64,000 nt of DNA from Octopus sinensis (taxonomy: Eukaryota). The notes beneath the pieces were generated by a model, which searched no databases, was not told the DNA's origin, and saw nothing but the letters and a program-made list of their open reading frames with translations. Location: the NCBI RefSeq assembly GCF_006345805.1, contig NC_043003.1:39122001-39186000 (forward strand), written 5' to 3'. This document shows, piece after piece, positions 38,757 to 51,810 of the stretch. Position 1 is the stretch's first letter, and each line of letters begins with the position of its first letter. Position numbers and translations under genes: made by a program.

Positions 38757-38966
38757 GTTTACATATCATACATCCGGTAAATGGAGGGCTTCTTCGAATT
38801 GCATTTCGGGTAGGAAAAGTTTTTCGGAATAAAATTATTTTAACAATAAGGATAACTTCTTAATAAGGAATCTTAACAAGAAATTATCAGGTAGATAGCG
38901 GGAAAAACCTCATAAGAGAAAAATTTCGAAAATAATCTTTCTTATTGAACATATTCTAGCAAAAAA

Positions 38967-39004
38967 CTGTCTGATGAACGGCAACGAGAAACTCAGAGTA
39001 ACAG
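38967..39004 (+). ncRNA. minimal type I hammerhead candidate
   Basis: ctgt-CTGATGA-acggcaacga-GAAACTC-a-GAGTA-acag; stem II weak. Confidence 0.6.
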
Positions 39005-39034
39005 ATTTTGTGGAATTTTCTGCGCTTAAATAAA

Positions 39035-39077
<43 letters not shown>

Positions 39078-39208
39078 TAATATATATACACACAAAATGG
39101 GACAAGAACGCAAAACATTCAAATAGACGATACAAAATCACGGACGGGTCATTCGAAGCCTTTAATCTTCAGTCAAGAACCGGATCATCCTCGCAATATA
39201 TATATATA

Positions 39209-39406
39209 GGGGCAAAAAGAAAAAAAAATTCTTTGCGAATATGCTGAAAAATAGACCACATAAGATATTTTCACTTGTATTATTACAAGTGAAAATACAA
39301 GTGAATAATACAAGTGTAATAATAACAAGTGAAAATATTTTGTGTTTAGACGATTTAGCGTCTATTTTTTTCAGCATATTGACAAGGAAAAAACTTTTTT
39401 TGCCCT
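39209..39406. mobile_element. MITE-like element
   Basis: Imperfect ~45 bp TIRs (gggcaaaaa...aatatgctgaaaaatagac / gtctatttttttcagcatatt...ttttgccc), TA flanks, internal 13 bp hairpin. Confidence 0.65.
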
Positions 39407-40126
39407 TATTTATATAATTTTCACCTTAAAAGGTACTTTCCATGTGCTGACCACTGACCAAATTTTTTAATAAAATTTTATCCTTATATTAGAAGCATAT
39501 ATATATATATATATACATATGCACATGTGTCTGTGTGTCTGTGTTTCTGTGTGTGCGTGCGTATGTGTGTTAGTTTGTCTTCGTCTACCGTTCGACAACC
39601 GGTGCTGGTGTGTTTACGCCCACGTAACTTAGTGGTTCGGGAAAAGACACCGACAGAATAACTACCAGGATTTGAGAAAATAAGTAATGGGGTCGATTTG
39701 TTTGACGTAATCGTTCAAGGCGGCGCGCCAGCATGTTCGCAGTCCAATGACTGATATAAGTAAAATATACTCGATAAAAGAATAAAGAATAAAGATGAAG
39801 AAAAGACATTGCCAATAACCATTGCAGCTTTCCCTGACTAATGAGATTGATGCATCTGTCATTATAAGTATATCATAGCGTGTAACTAGTTGTCCTGATA
39901 TGCATATATTTACATATATTGTTCGAAAAAGTCCGTTTCCATGTTATTGTTTTATGTTTTCATTTCTCGTTGTGTTCTACGTTTTTTGGTGTCCTGTACC
40001 CATATATGCATGTATATATACATACAGATGTAGGTATGTACATATATGTATGTATGTATGCATATGATTTATTTATTAATTTGTTATTATATGATCGAAC
40101 GCCACGCATCCACATCCAAGTAAGTT

Positions 40127-40177
<51 letters not shown>

Positions 40178-40261
40178 CTATCTATCTATCTATATATCTA
40201 TATATCTATCTATCTAGCTAGCTAGCTATCCGTCTATCTGTCTGTCTGTCTGTCTGTCTGG

Positions 40262-40317
<56 letters not shown>

Positions 40318-41569
40318 ATAGTCAGGTAAATAATAGATTAAGAGGAATCGTGGTCGAATTTCGCAGGGAAAAGGTGAGTTGGAGAAGTTTCAAAGCGGGG
40401 TTGGAAGTTGTGGATCAGTGAAGTTATCAATGCGGGTGCTGGTATTTGAAACACTGTAAACTGAAGAGAGAGCTATGGGTTATTGAACATGAATGGAGAA
40501 AGTGTACGGTGAACTAACTCAGGAAAGCACATAGCATTTTAATGTCAGCAGAAGATGCTGAGAGAGAGAGAGAGAGAGAGAGGGCAGTGGGTGAGTGAAT
40601 CTTTCCTTAAGCAGGCGAATGGCCTTGTGTGAGATGTAGTCGAGGAAGTTTGTGTATCTTTGCAGCATTAGTACTGTTCCAGAAATGTGAGTAACTCTCT
40701 AATGTATGGCATACTTTGAGCTGGTATTTAAATATTGTCATATTCCCGCCGACAGGACGTCTAATGTCATATAAAGTTTTAGTATATTAAGACACATAAT
40801 TGATTTTTATATTTTATCATTCGTATTTAAATTAAAACAGCGAGCTTTCAGAATCCTTACCACGCCAAGCAAATTGCTTAGTAGCATATCTGGTTTTATG
40901 TCCTGAGTTCAAATGTCGCTGAGGTCCACTTAGCCTTTCGTCTTCTCGGCATCGATAAAATAAGTTCCAGTTGAGCACCAGGTTTGATATAATTGATTAG
41001 CTCCCCTCTCCCAAAATTGTTAGCCTTGTGCCAAAATATGAAAGGATTATTACTATTAAATTGAAATAGAAATATCAACTGATAAGGTTGTCTTAAAAAT
41101 AATATTAATGTTCTTCTTAATATGTTCTAGTGTTCTGTTCTTCGGCTAAAGAAATACTCAGACCTAGGGCTTGATACATGTTGACCTAGTTGTTGCGTTG
41201 TTGTGGTTTAGTCCAGGTCAACTCTGTTCAAGCAGATCTATGATCGAAGGTCGTCTAACACTGATCATTTTTGTCTCTTTTAATAGTGTTACCTAACGTG
41301 TCGTCATTTGTGAGAAAGTAGGTGTAATTTGAGGGAAATGTTTTACTCTTTCTAAGGTGTCTACCGACCACGCGAAGACTGTTTCGTTCGCTCGTATTGA
41401 TTAACAGCATTTCCATATTCTAAGGGCCACAAACACCATTAATACTTTTAAGCTTACTTTTTATTTAAGAATAGCCATCTTATAATGATATGGGGTACAC
41501 TGCTGTTTTTAAAATCCAGTTGTATATTGTTAACCTAGTATGTAATAATTTTGCATTTATTAAATAGGT

Positions 41570-42340
41570 AATTATGTTAATGGAAAACCGTTCTTAACAT
41601 GAGTTTACGATGTTCTTGTCTTTATGCCTGGGGGAAACTGATATCTTACGAGACAGGGAAGGGTTTTAAAAATAGGTGTACTTACATTTATTAAAGATGA
41701 TGGATTATACTGCATGGTATTTTTGCTGTTCATTCTCCTTTTGGGTCATGTATGTCTATGAAATTTAATAGCTTCTTTGAAACCACTTACTGGATACCAG
41801 TACATTATTACATGAAATCGCTACTTTTTCAATTATGCAACGGTATAAGAGGTTGCCGAAATTCGTTTGCTCAAATTAGTGGATAAATTTCTAAGAATAT
41901 ACGTTTAATGATTCAAATAGATGTATATTTATAAAACTGCGTGGCTTGGTTTTTATATATGATTGGAATTTTTTTGTCATCAAGGTTGAATGCTACATCT
42001 AAGAAATTGACTATTTTGAGATAACTACTTACTTGTAATCTTTAAGTTCAGGTCGTTAAACAGTTTGTGTATGTATTTCTTGAATTTACCTGCTTGCTAA
42101 AGCGTTTCATATTTTTGACGATTAATTGACCATCGTCTCTATAAATTCCTCGTTTAATGGTGTGGAACTTGCTGTAAAGAAAATCTAGAATATATATTCC
42201 AAATAGGTTTGAAATTTCTTCGGAATGTCTAGTTCTCATGATTACAGCAAACAGATCTACGTTACGTTTTTCCAAGCTTCTGTTTTTCTTAAATAAGTAG
42301 GTCTGTTTTCTGACGTGAATTATTATTTTTATGTTGCTAT
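41570..42340 (-). pseudogene. degenerate Penelope-like reverse transcriptase
   Basis: IIIHVRK...LFAVIMRTRHSEEISNLFGIYILDFL...GIYRDDG and LKIVNFLDVAFNLDDKKFQSYIKPS correspond to PLE RT motifs. Confidence 0.8.
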
Positions 42341-42837
42341 CTCTCTTATAGTAGTACGGAGTTTTGAGATTTCTAGAGCCCTTGGTAATAGATATTTAGT
42401 GATAGATGTGTAGTAGTCACTTTTATTAAAATAGATGAAGTGATATTCTTGTTTAATAAACACCAATAGTAACTACAAAAATGTTGTTTAGGCAGACACA
42501 TAAATGCTTTTGACTCAGTATAAACACAGCAACATTCACATGCATATTTATACACTTGCGTACACAACAAACCGTTCAACCCAAAAGCATTAACACACAT
42601 TCGCATGATCACTACAGTAAGCAGTTCAGAACAATACACAGATAGACAAACGTATACATATATATACTTCAATAGATATAAACATGTACAAATACACACA
42701 ACAACACACTCAAACGTACAGACAGACATAGAAAGATCACAAAGATATCACTCGATAAGAACGTATGTTTCTCAATTAAAACAATGTAAAAAAAAAGGCT
42801 TTGCTTGAATTATTCTTTTAGGAATCAATAAGTGCAG

Positions 42838-43245
42838 GTGGAAAGGCGGCGAGCAGGCACAAACATTAGCATGCCAGGCAAAATGCTTAGCGGCATTTCG
42901 TCTGCCGCTACGTTCTGAATTCAAATTCTGCCGAGGTCGACTTTGCCTTTCATCCTTTCGGGGCCGATTAAATAAGTACCAGTTGCGCACTGAGGTCGAT
43001 ATAATCGACTTAATCCGTTTGTCTGTCCTTGTTTGTCCCCTCTGTGTTTAGCCCCTTGTGGGTAGTAAAGAAACAGGTATTTCGTCTGCCTTTACGTTCT
43101 GATTTCAAGTTCCGCCGAGGTCGACTTTGCCTTTCATCCTTTCGGGGTCGATAAATTAAGTACCAGTTGCGTACTGGGGTTGATCTAATCGACTGCCACC
43201 CCCTCCTCACAAAATTCTGGCCTTGTCCCTAGAGTAGAAAAGAAT
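42838..43245 (+). mobile_element. two tandem SINE family B units with different tails
   Basis: gccgaggtcgactttgcctttcatcctttcgggg at ~42932 and ~43116. Confidence 0.85.
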
Positions 43246-43423
43246 ATATGCAGGTGAAATTACGAACATTATCCGAAAATTCAGATAGTGTCTAAATCAG
43301 CAGTTATATAGTACCGACGGAATATACAGCAAATGACAAAAAAAATTATTAATGATATGTACATTATATGTGTATTTACATATTTAAGAGTGAATATGTG
43401 TGTGTCTATACATACGCATATGT

Positions 43424-43454
<31 letters not shown>

Positions 43455-43638
43455 CTTTCATATGTGTGTGTGTGTATAGGTTTGGAAATACAAAGAGAAG
43501 TAATAGGACTCAAAAGAAGAAACAAGAATTTATATATTTTTCTCTTTAATCGGTTGGCGTTACAAAGTGGCTCAATGGCAATGAATTCTGTGCATGGAAC
43601 TTATCAATTGTAAGTAAATTAAATGCATCTGTAAAGTA

Positions 43639-43700
<62 letters not shown>

Positions 43701-44152
43701 TATATGTAGAAAAATACAAACTGGAACAAGAACGTAAAACATTTAGAAGACGATACAAAAAAACACGGACGGGACATTCGAAGCCTTCGATCTTCAGTCA
43801 AGAACCGGATCATCCTAGCAATTTCGGCTGATTAATCTTGAGATCGCTCCGATCCGGCCAGCCCCAAGGAAAAGCTAAGGTACAAGCATTAGATTTCTTG
43901 GAAGAAGGATCGTCGAATGTATACGAAACAGGGACAGAAAAACGGACGATGCCAATATATATATATATATATAAATATATATATATATGTATTATATATA
44001 TATAAACATTACATAGCTATGTTGTATTGAGAGGGTCGTGAGTTTCCTTTGAGAGCAATACGCTTAAACCACACACACATACACACGGGCACACATACTC
44101 ACACCGCACTGCACACTCACGCACACACACACATTCACGTTCACACGTGCAT

Positions 44153-44190
<38 letters not shown>

Positions 44191-44924
44191 AGAAAGAGGG
44201 TGATTGGGAGTGATAAAGGTGTGCGGTGAGTACAGGTAGAATTCTTAAAAAGCACAAATAAAGCCAATCAAAATTCCATCTGTTACCATTCTTTGCACAT
44301 TGCAACATCTAATACATTCTGCAGGTGTCGTGCTTTCTTTGTAATAGTTCGTAAAGCTGCGTGCGAACACACACACACACACACACACACCACACACACC
44401 ACACACACACAACACACACACACACACCACACACATTCACATACTCATACACACCCTCACACACAAATACGTACACACGCGTATACGCATGCACGCACAC
44501 AGTTCGGTTAGCACATGCTCCACAGTTCGGTCTCGGGGGGAACCAGATGTTCACATCGAGTTTCTAGTGCTTCAGGGTGACATTCACAGACAACTATAAC
44601 ATAAGTATGTGTTTCAAGATCTCTTTCTCCCTCCACACTCTCTCTCCCTCTCTTTCACGCACTCTCTTTCTCTCTCTCTCGCTCGCTCGCTCTGTCTGTC
44701 TGTCACTTATTCTTATGAAGTAGCTATGCTGATATTCTATTTCTTAAAACTGCATAATACATACATACACATACACATACGCACACACAAAGACACACAG
44801 ACATATGTATAAATATATGTATGCCCGTGTGTGTGTGTGTGTGTGTGTATGTGTGTGAGTGTGTGCGTGCGTGTGTGTATTGACATGTGTGATGATTGTC
44901 ATGTCGCTAAAAGAACCTGACTAT

Positions 44925-45190
44925 CGCTGGCAAGTTTTAAGTATCAGCAATGCTCATGCCAAGGTTTTAAGATTCTAAGTCAACAGCAGTCACCGTGAAT
45001 GACTCCCACTAGCAATACCGAGAATCCCAAAGACAAGCAAATTGCTAGATCTCCGGCTCAGCTGAGCACCGGGGTTTGTATACGAGTTAGCCTTCTCCAA
45101 GAAAGCTACCTTCGCAAAGACCAGGATTCCCTCATTCTCAGTGAGTTTACTGTAGCCACGGACACCAAGCTGAATATTTTTACGTTCCAG
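44925..45190 (-). mobile_element. isolated RTE-like 5' end with HDV-like ribozyme fold
   Basis: ggagaaggctaactcgtatacaaacccc resembles RTE 5'UTRs; nested double-pseudoknot topology at 45082-45159. Confidence 0.55.
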
Positions 45191-45340
45191 TGTATACAGA
45201 AACGCACGCACGCAAGCACACACAAACGCAAGCACGCACGCACACACACGCATATATACATATATATACATAAATATATATACATACGTACATATATATA
45301 TACATATGCACCTACATGCATATACATACAGTTGCATGCA

Positions 45341-45385
<45 letters not shown>

Positions 45386-45612
45386 TGTGTGTGTGTATGC
45401 ATATATATATAAATGCATATATATCTACATATATATGCGCACCTATATATATATATGTGTGTATGTGCGTGTATATATGTGTATATATACATATATATAT
45501 ATATATAATATACATACATACATACAAACATACATACGTACGTACATACATACATACATACATACATACATACATACATACATACATACATACATACATA
45601 CGTACATACATA

Positions 45613-46540
45613 CAGGCATACCTTGGCTTAAGACGTTTCGATTTAAGTCGTTCTCGATTATCCGTCGGTTTTCAAAATTAATATTTGGAAAAATATGAAT
45701 CAAGTTAAGTAATTTTACTTGACTTTACGTTTGTCCGCCACAAATATTTGAATCGTAAAATCACTAGAAAACCTTTAAAAACACATAAAATCATGTTACA
45801 ATGAATAAGAATAAAAGCATATAAAATCATATTAAAATACGTACAGTAAATGTTAAGATACACGCCATAAAGTAGTGTAGCTTAGTAAACAAAATCATGA
45901 AATCAGCTGCGTTGTCTTATTTATGGGTCTTTCGGAGCTCATATTGCATTGTCGTTCCGTTAGGCGTCGTTGTCACTCGTAATTCCCGCGATTGTTTTGA
46001 ATTCAGATTTACTTACGTCTGTTTATCGTCTACTTTCTCATTCTCATTCATTTGTGAGCTTATTTTTTGGCCCCATGGCTCCTAAGAAAATTCGTAGTGA
46101 AAGCGCTAAGCGTCATGTTATAACGTTGGTAGATATACTGGCTATGATAAAACGCCTTGAAAAAGTGAAAAACTGGTAGTAATTGCACGGTCTTTTGAAA
46201 TGAGTCGGACAACTGTATCGACGATTGTACATAATAAGGACAAGATTTTAGCATATATCAAATCTGAAACCCCATGGATGAAGAACACTGTCATCAATAA
46301 GAAAAGAGGCAAAACCTTTGAAGAAATGGGAAGTCTTCTTTCTCTTATCATTCAAGAGAAAGCGTTGTCTTTGTTTGAGGACCTGAAAACAAAAATGTCC
46401 AGATGAGAAAGATGTAGAGTTCAAGGCAAGTCAAGGATGGCTCATGAGATTTAAGGAGCGAAGAAGTTATCACTTCATTATGAAGCAAGGTGAAAGTGCA
46501 TCAGCTAACGAACAAGCAGCAACGGAATTTCCTATTTAAA
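45613..46540 (+). mobile_element. Tigger/pogo transposon remnant, internally deleted
   Basis: TA|CAGGCATACC terminus; MAPKK...KRHVITL...MSRTTVSTIVHNKDKI (CENP-B HTH), IQEKALSLFEDLK...FKASQGWLMRFKER...GESASA; right TIR not found. Confidence 0.85.
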
Positions 46541-47337
46541 ATAATTTAGTTTTTTTACTATTGCAAAATAATAATAATTACTGAACTTGTTTTTTAAGCA
46601 AAAAAAAGGCTTTTATTTTACCATGTTATTCACAAATAAAGTGTCCGTGATGTACGGTAAACACCGCCGAGTTGTATTCGTAAATTTAGATTACTTTTTA
46701 TTTCACCGTACTGTATTAAAAAATAAAAATTATTTGGTTGTAAGCTTAAAACAGGTTTTTATTAAACATGTATTATTGAAAATGCATTCATAAATAAAAT
46801 ACATAGATCGATAAATAGATACTCACAAACGCGCACATCATTTATATATTTTTGTTGTTTTTGCTGTTTATTAATTTTAAGACAGTTCGAATTTGGATGA
46901 CCTATTGAAAGTTACACCTGTCTTAGAGACCAGAGCATCGAGAAAAACGCCAATTTTAATAAGAATACGACGTAATTTGTGCAAGATTTAGCTATGATTT
47001 CTAGCGGTTATTATGAACACCTAGTTGGGTATCGTAGACAACTCACCTCGTTGGCTCGTTAATTATAGGTATGTGTCATTGTTTTTCAAATAAATATATA
47101 AAAGTGCTTAAACGCCCTCCTGTGGCGATACTATAGCGATACAGCTACGTGCGTATTTATAAGAATGTGAGCGAAATGTTTAATATTGTCTCGCATTTTT
47201 CTTCAGTGGGATCACATTTAGTGATAGCAACTTACAAAACGGATATATTCTTATATTTGAAATATATGATGATAAGGGTTCACGAACCTCGCTTATCTGA
47301 TGGCTGGTTGTACCATGTTTTTCGTTTTACAAATATT

Positions 47338-47730
47338 TGTAGACGTGGCTGTGTGGTAAGAAGGCTGTGTGGTAAGAAGTTTCCTTCTCAAACCATAGTT
47401 CCAAGTTCAATCTCACTGCGTGGTACCGCGGACAAGTGCTTTCGGCTATAACCCCGGACCGATCGTAGACATGTGAGAGGATTTGGTTGATGGAAACTGA
47501 AACTGTTTGTGTTTGTTCCTCACCACCTCCTCACCACCTCCTCACAACCGGTGTTGCCTTGTTTACGTCCACGTAAATCAAAGCAGTTCGGCAAAAGAAA
47601 ACGATAGTATAAGTACCGGTCTTTATAAATAAATAAGTACTGGGATAGATTTGTTCGACAAAACCCTTCAAGGCAGTGCCCCAGCATGAACGCATTCCAA
47701 TGACTGAAACACGAAAGATAAAATAAGAAA
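47338..47730 (+). mobile_element. SINE family A, diverged
   Basis: gtggctgtgtggtaag head (locally duplicated) and ccccagcatg...aatgactgaaac tail. Confidence 0.8.
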
Positions 47731-47948
47731 GAAAGAATAGGTTTGCTTTGATCATTTGGTTTTATATATAGTATATAGGATTCGCGTAACTACAAGGAAT
47801 TGGACATACATAGATATATACATACAAAAATACCCTGTTGTTGATGTTGAAATTCCGATAAAGTAGCCTTGGAAAATGTTAGAAAATGGCTCATTCTCCA
47901 TTAGCAAGAAATCTTGAAATAAAACTGAATAATGACATTAATGGATCC

Positions 47949-48029
<81 letters not shown>

Positions 48030-48144
48030 CTGTATATATATATAGTATATATATATATATGTATATATATGTATATGTATATATGTATATATATATATAT
48101 TATATATATATATATTATATATATATATATAGTATATATATATA

Positions 48145-48204
<60 letters not shown>

Positions 48205-49199
48205 TATATACATATATATTTATAGTGCTCAGGTGTGTGTGCGTGGGTGGTGAGATTTTTCTCACCGAGGTATAAGGTGTAAGTTTATTTTCAGCTTGCG
48301 TTTGTTCTGTTTCATTTATTTTGGTTCATATATTTTGTAAGGGGAATGTGAGTACTTAATTGCATTATTGCGCTATAGGTATGTGTATATGCAACCTTGT
48401 GTGTGTGTGCGTGTGTGTGTATGTGTGTGTGTGTGTGTGTGTGGTGTGTGAGACACATTTGAAATAACTTTTGTAGAAGATTCTTATGGAAATATTTGTA
48501 AAGTAAATTTTATAGATTATATTGAAAACTTTTATACAAGATTAGAACTGCGAAATTCCATTGTTTAGAAGTCAGGTTTCTAAGGTCGCGGTCTGTATGT
48601 TTGTATATGTATGTCATTCTTCAGTTTTATTTCAAGATTCCTCGCCAATAGAGAAAGAGCTGGTTTCTAACCTAGATCCAATGTTCCTTCATTGGAAGTT
48701 TAACATCTATTGGATATTTTTGTATGTATGTATGTATGTATGTATGTATGTATGTATGTATGTATATGTGAGTGTCTGTGTGTGTTGAATAGTGTGTAAT
48801 AATGGTTTCAAGTTTTGACACTGGGCAAGCAGTTGTTGAGGAGTAGGATAAGTCGGTGACATCAACCCCATGACTTGACTGGAACTTATTTTATCGTTCT
48901 CGAAAGGATGGATGAAAGGCAAAGTTGACTTCGGGGGGATTTGAACTCAGAACGTAAAGACGAACGAAATGCCGCTAAGCATTTTGTCCGACACGCTAAC
49001 GATTCTACTAGCACGCTTTCTTTTCAGAACACTATATAAGAACTCCAGTCCACATTGCTTTATCATTTCTAAAATTATCAACCGAGACGAGTCTACATGT
49101 GACTAGTAAGGTCTTTTTTTTTATCTTAGAAGTAATGCTAAGAACAACTTATCCATTGTTAAAGTCCAATAATTAGAGACGGCAATATCAAGAGAAGCA

Positions 49200-49640
49200 A
49201 GGTGGTGAATTGGCAGAATGCTGGGCAAAATGCTTAGCGACATTTCGTCCGTCTTTACGTCCTGAGCTTAAATTCCGTAGAGATCAACTTTGCCTTTTAT
49301 TCTTTTGGGGTTGATAAAATAAGACCCAATTGAACACGGGGGTCGACGTAATTGACAAAGCTCCTTCTCCAAAATGGCTGGGTTTGTGATAAAATTTGAA
49401 CCCAATATCATAAGAAACAACAAGACGGCGAACTGGTGGAATTGTTAGCACACCGGGCAAAATGCTTAGCGGTATTTCGTATGTCTCTATGTTCTGAGTT
49501 CAAATTCCACCAAGGTCGAATTTACCTTTCATTTCTTTTTCAGGGTTTATAAAATAAGTACCTGTTGAGCACCGTGGTTGATATAATTGATATATTTACT
49601 CCCCCGTAAACTTGCAGGCCTTGTGCCAAAATTTGAAACT
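49200..49640 (+). mobile_element. two tandem SINE family B copies (a third inverted at ~48800-49010)
   Basis: ggcaaaatgcttagcg...atttcgt...ttaaattcc...tttgcctttt repeated. Confidence 0.75.
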
Positions 49641-49909
49641 AATATTAAAAGAAACTACAAAAATGATAACTAAAATTAACTGAAGCGCACACACAGAGAA
49701 ACACATACTATTATATACATATATACGTACATGTATGTGTGTGTGTGTGTGTAAAATTGAATCAAAGTATCACGCACCAATTTGGTCTGAGTTACATATA
49801 TTTTTAATAACCAATCTGACTCAGCTCCATGTAACTTAAGCTGTTATTCAACATGCGAGTGTCTTTGTACACACACGCACACACACACACATACACACAC
49901 ACAACACAA

Positions 49910-50038
49910 CACAAATCGACCCCAGAACTTATTCTTCGTAAACCTAGTAGTTATTCTAACGGTCTCTCTTACCAAACCGCTAAGTGACGGTAACACACCA
50001 GCATCGGTTGTGAAGTGATGCTGGGGGGATAAACACAG

Positions 50039-50075
<37 letters not shown>

Positions 50076-50235
50076 TATACGACGGGCTTCTTTCAGTTTC
50101 CGTCTACCAAATCCTCTCACAAGGCTTTGATCTTCCCGAGGCTAAAATAGAAGACACAAGGTGCCACGCGATGGGACTGAACTCGGAACCATGTGGTTGG
50201 TAAGCAAGCTACTTAACACACAGCCACTCCTGCGC
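49910..50235 (-). mobile_element. SINE family A
   Basis: Same head, core and tail as 54851-55243. Confidence 0.85.
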
Positions 50236-50961
50236 GATGATTTAATCTTCGAGATAGTGTAACATGCCCCAAAAATCAACAGAAAGAAGAAAGTTATTTC
50301 TTACAAATGTTATTTTCCCGTGGATGGGACGTTAGGGTCAGTATACAAAGGACTGCAATAGTCGGTTCTTTCACAATGGTGAGAGGAAAATAACAATAAC
50401 AAAGCTGGCGTACCTTTGGTAATAACTGCATCTGTTGCAGATGTTAAAAAGAGGTTGTTTGCAAGAAACAGAAAGACGTGTAGTGTCTGAAAGCGAAAAC
50501 GACTGCCCACTAATTTTCCGAGAGGGTTCTTATTTATACAACAGCTGGAGAGCTGAATGTAGGTCGTGAAATGAAGTGCTTTGCTCAAGAACACAACGCG
50601 TCGTCCGGTCTAGGAATCGAAACCACAATCTTACGATCATGATGCTGACACCCTAACCACTAAGCCACGCGCCTCCACAGGTCGGAGAATAATGGGAAAG
50701 TAATTAGCTTATCTATGTTAACCTGTATTTAACCCACGAATGTTCATTTAAACAATAGAAATTATCTAAGTTTGGTAAGTACTAATGCCGAGAGCAAATT
50801 TCTAAGTGCTAATGCCAAGAATAATGGAAAAGAACTGGTAGAAAAATCTAGGCTAGAGTTTCGATTCGTTGCTAAGAATCCAGGAGACAATTTGTTTCAT
50901 TTCTCCCTCTCTCTCCCTCTCTTTCGCTCTCTCCCGCTCTCTCTCTCTCGTTCACTTTCGT

Positions 50962-51019
<58 letters not shown>

Positions 51020-51022
<3 letters not shown>

Positions 51023-51480
51023 GGTGAAAATTTCGGAAGGAGAGTCCACGTGGTGATAAATATAAAATAAGATCTAAGATGAAAAGACACAGAAATTTTG
51101 TTTGTGTAGATAAAGTTTATTTAATCCATTACAATATGCACAGAATCGACCGGTTTCGCTTCGCTAATCATGACTCAATGTTATGAAATCATAAGTTTTT
51201 GATTTAATCTTGTGTAGAAGCAAGTATGATACAGTTTTGTTGTTATACAGGAGGGTATAGTTCAAGGGGGATAATCAGTAAATATAAAGTTCTTTAGCCA
51301 AAGGGATAATCAGTAGATGTAATATTTCTTAGATAAATGGAGGTAAATCTTTTTCCTTTTTATTCTGGCTGGTTTCTTTTATTTGTGAAATCCATTATAT
51401 ATCCATGTTAAGCACTGGCTTGTATTTTTCAATAAATGAAGCCTCTTTATTTAGCTGTTAAAGACCTCACTTCAAATCGG
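51020..51480 (-). mobile_element. PLE 3' fragment: GIY-YIG C-terminus plus terminal repeat
   Basis: QLNKEASFIEKYKPVLNMDI* (stop at 51395) followed by a hammerhead, ending at (TA)n. Confidence 0.75.
51143..51176 (-). ncRNA. minimal type I hammerhead, A3:U8 variant
   Basis: gagtc-ATGATTA-gc-gaa-gc-GAAAC-cg-GTC-gattc. Confidence 0.65.
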
Positions 51481-51756
51481 TGTGAACATCTCCTGCAACT
51501 GCAAACATAGGGAAATAAATAGGAGATTGGACTGAAGAAAACATCTCCAGGCAATCATACTGCAGCCTTTATACGACACACTATTACTATAAAAGAGTAT
51601 GTAGACTCGTTCTCGTTATGTGTTTATGTAGGATTATGTAATATGTCACGTGTTACAAAAGAATTATATGTGATGCTTTATATACAGACTGCTCGGTCAG
51701 GACAGACCCGATACCACGCAACAACAATTGCAAAGACGGCATGATGTTGAAGATGG

Positions 51757-51810
<54 letters not shown>

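Larger units (their letters stand above)
37734..38955 (-). repeat. tandem and inverted array of a ~470 bp hammerhead-bearing unit
   Basis: Unit 37734-38206, partial 38207-38274, inverted segment 38275-38504, third unit 38572-38955 with ~80 bp deletion. Confidence 0.85.

Noticed and set aside
40330-40560. Possible CR1/L2 3' end on the minus strand
   Set aside because: Too degenerate; no frame gives a convincing motif
43770-43835. CTGAAGA...CGAAT motif in the 5051/39092/43700 repeat family as a hammerhead
   Set aside because: All three copies have GAAT rather than GAAA, and I could not build stems II and III in any permutation
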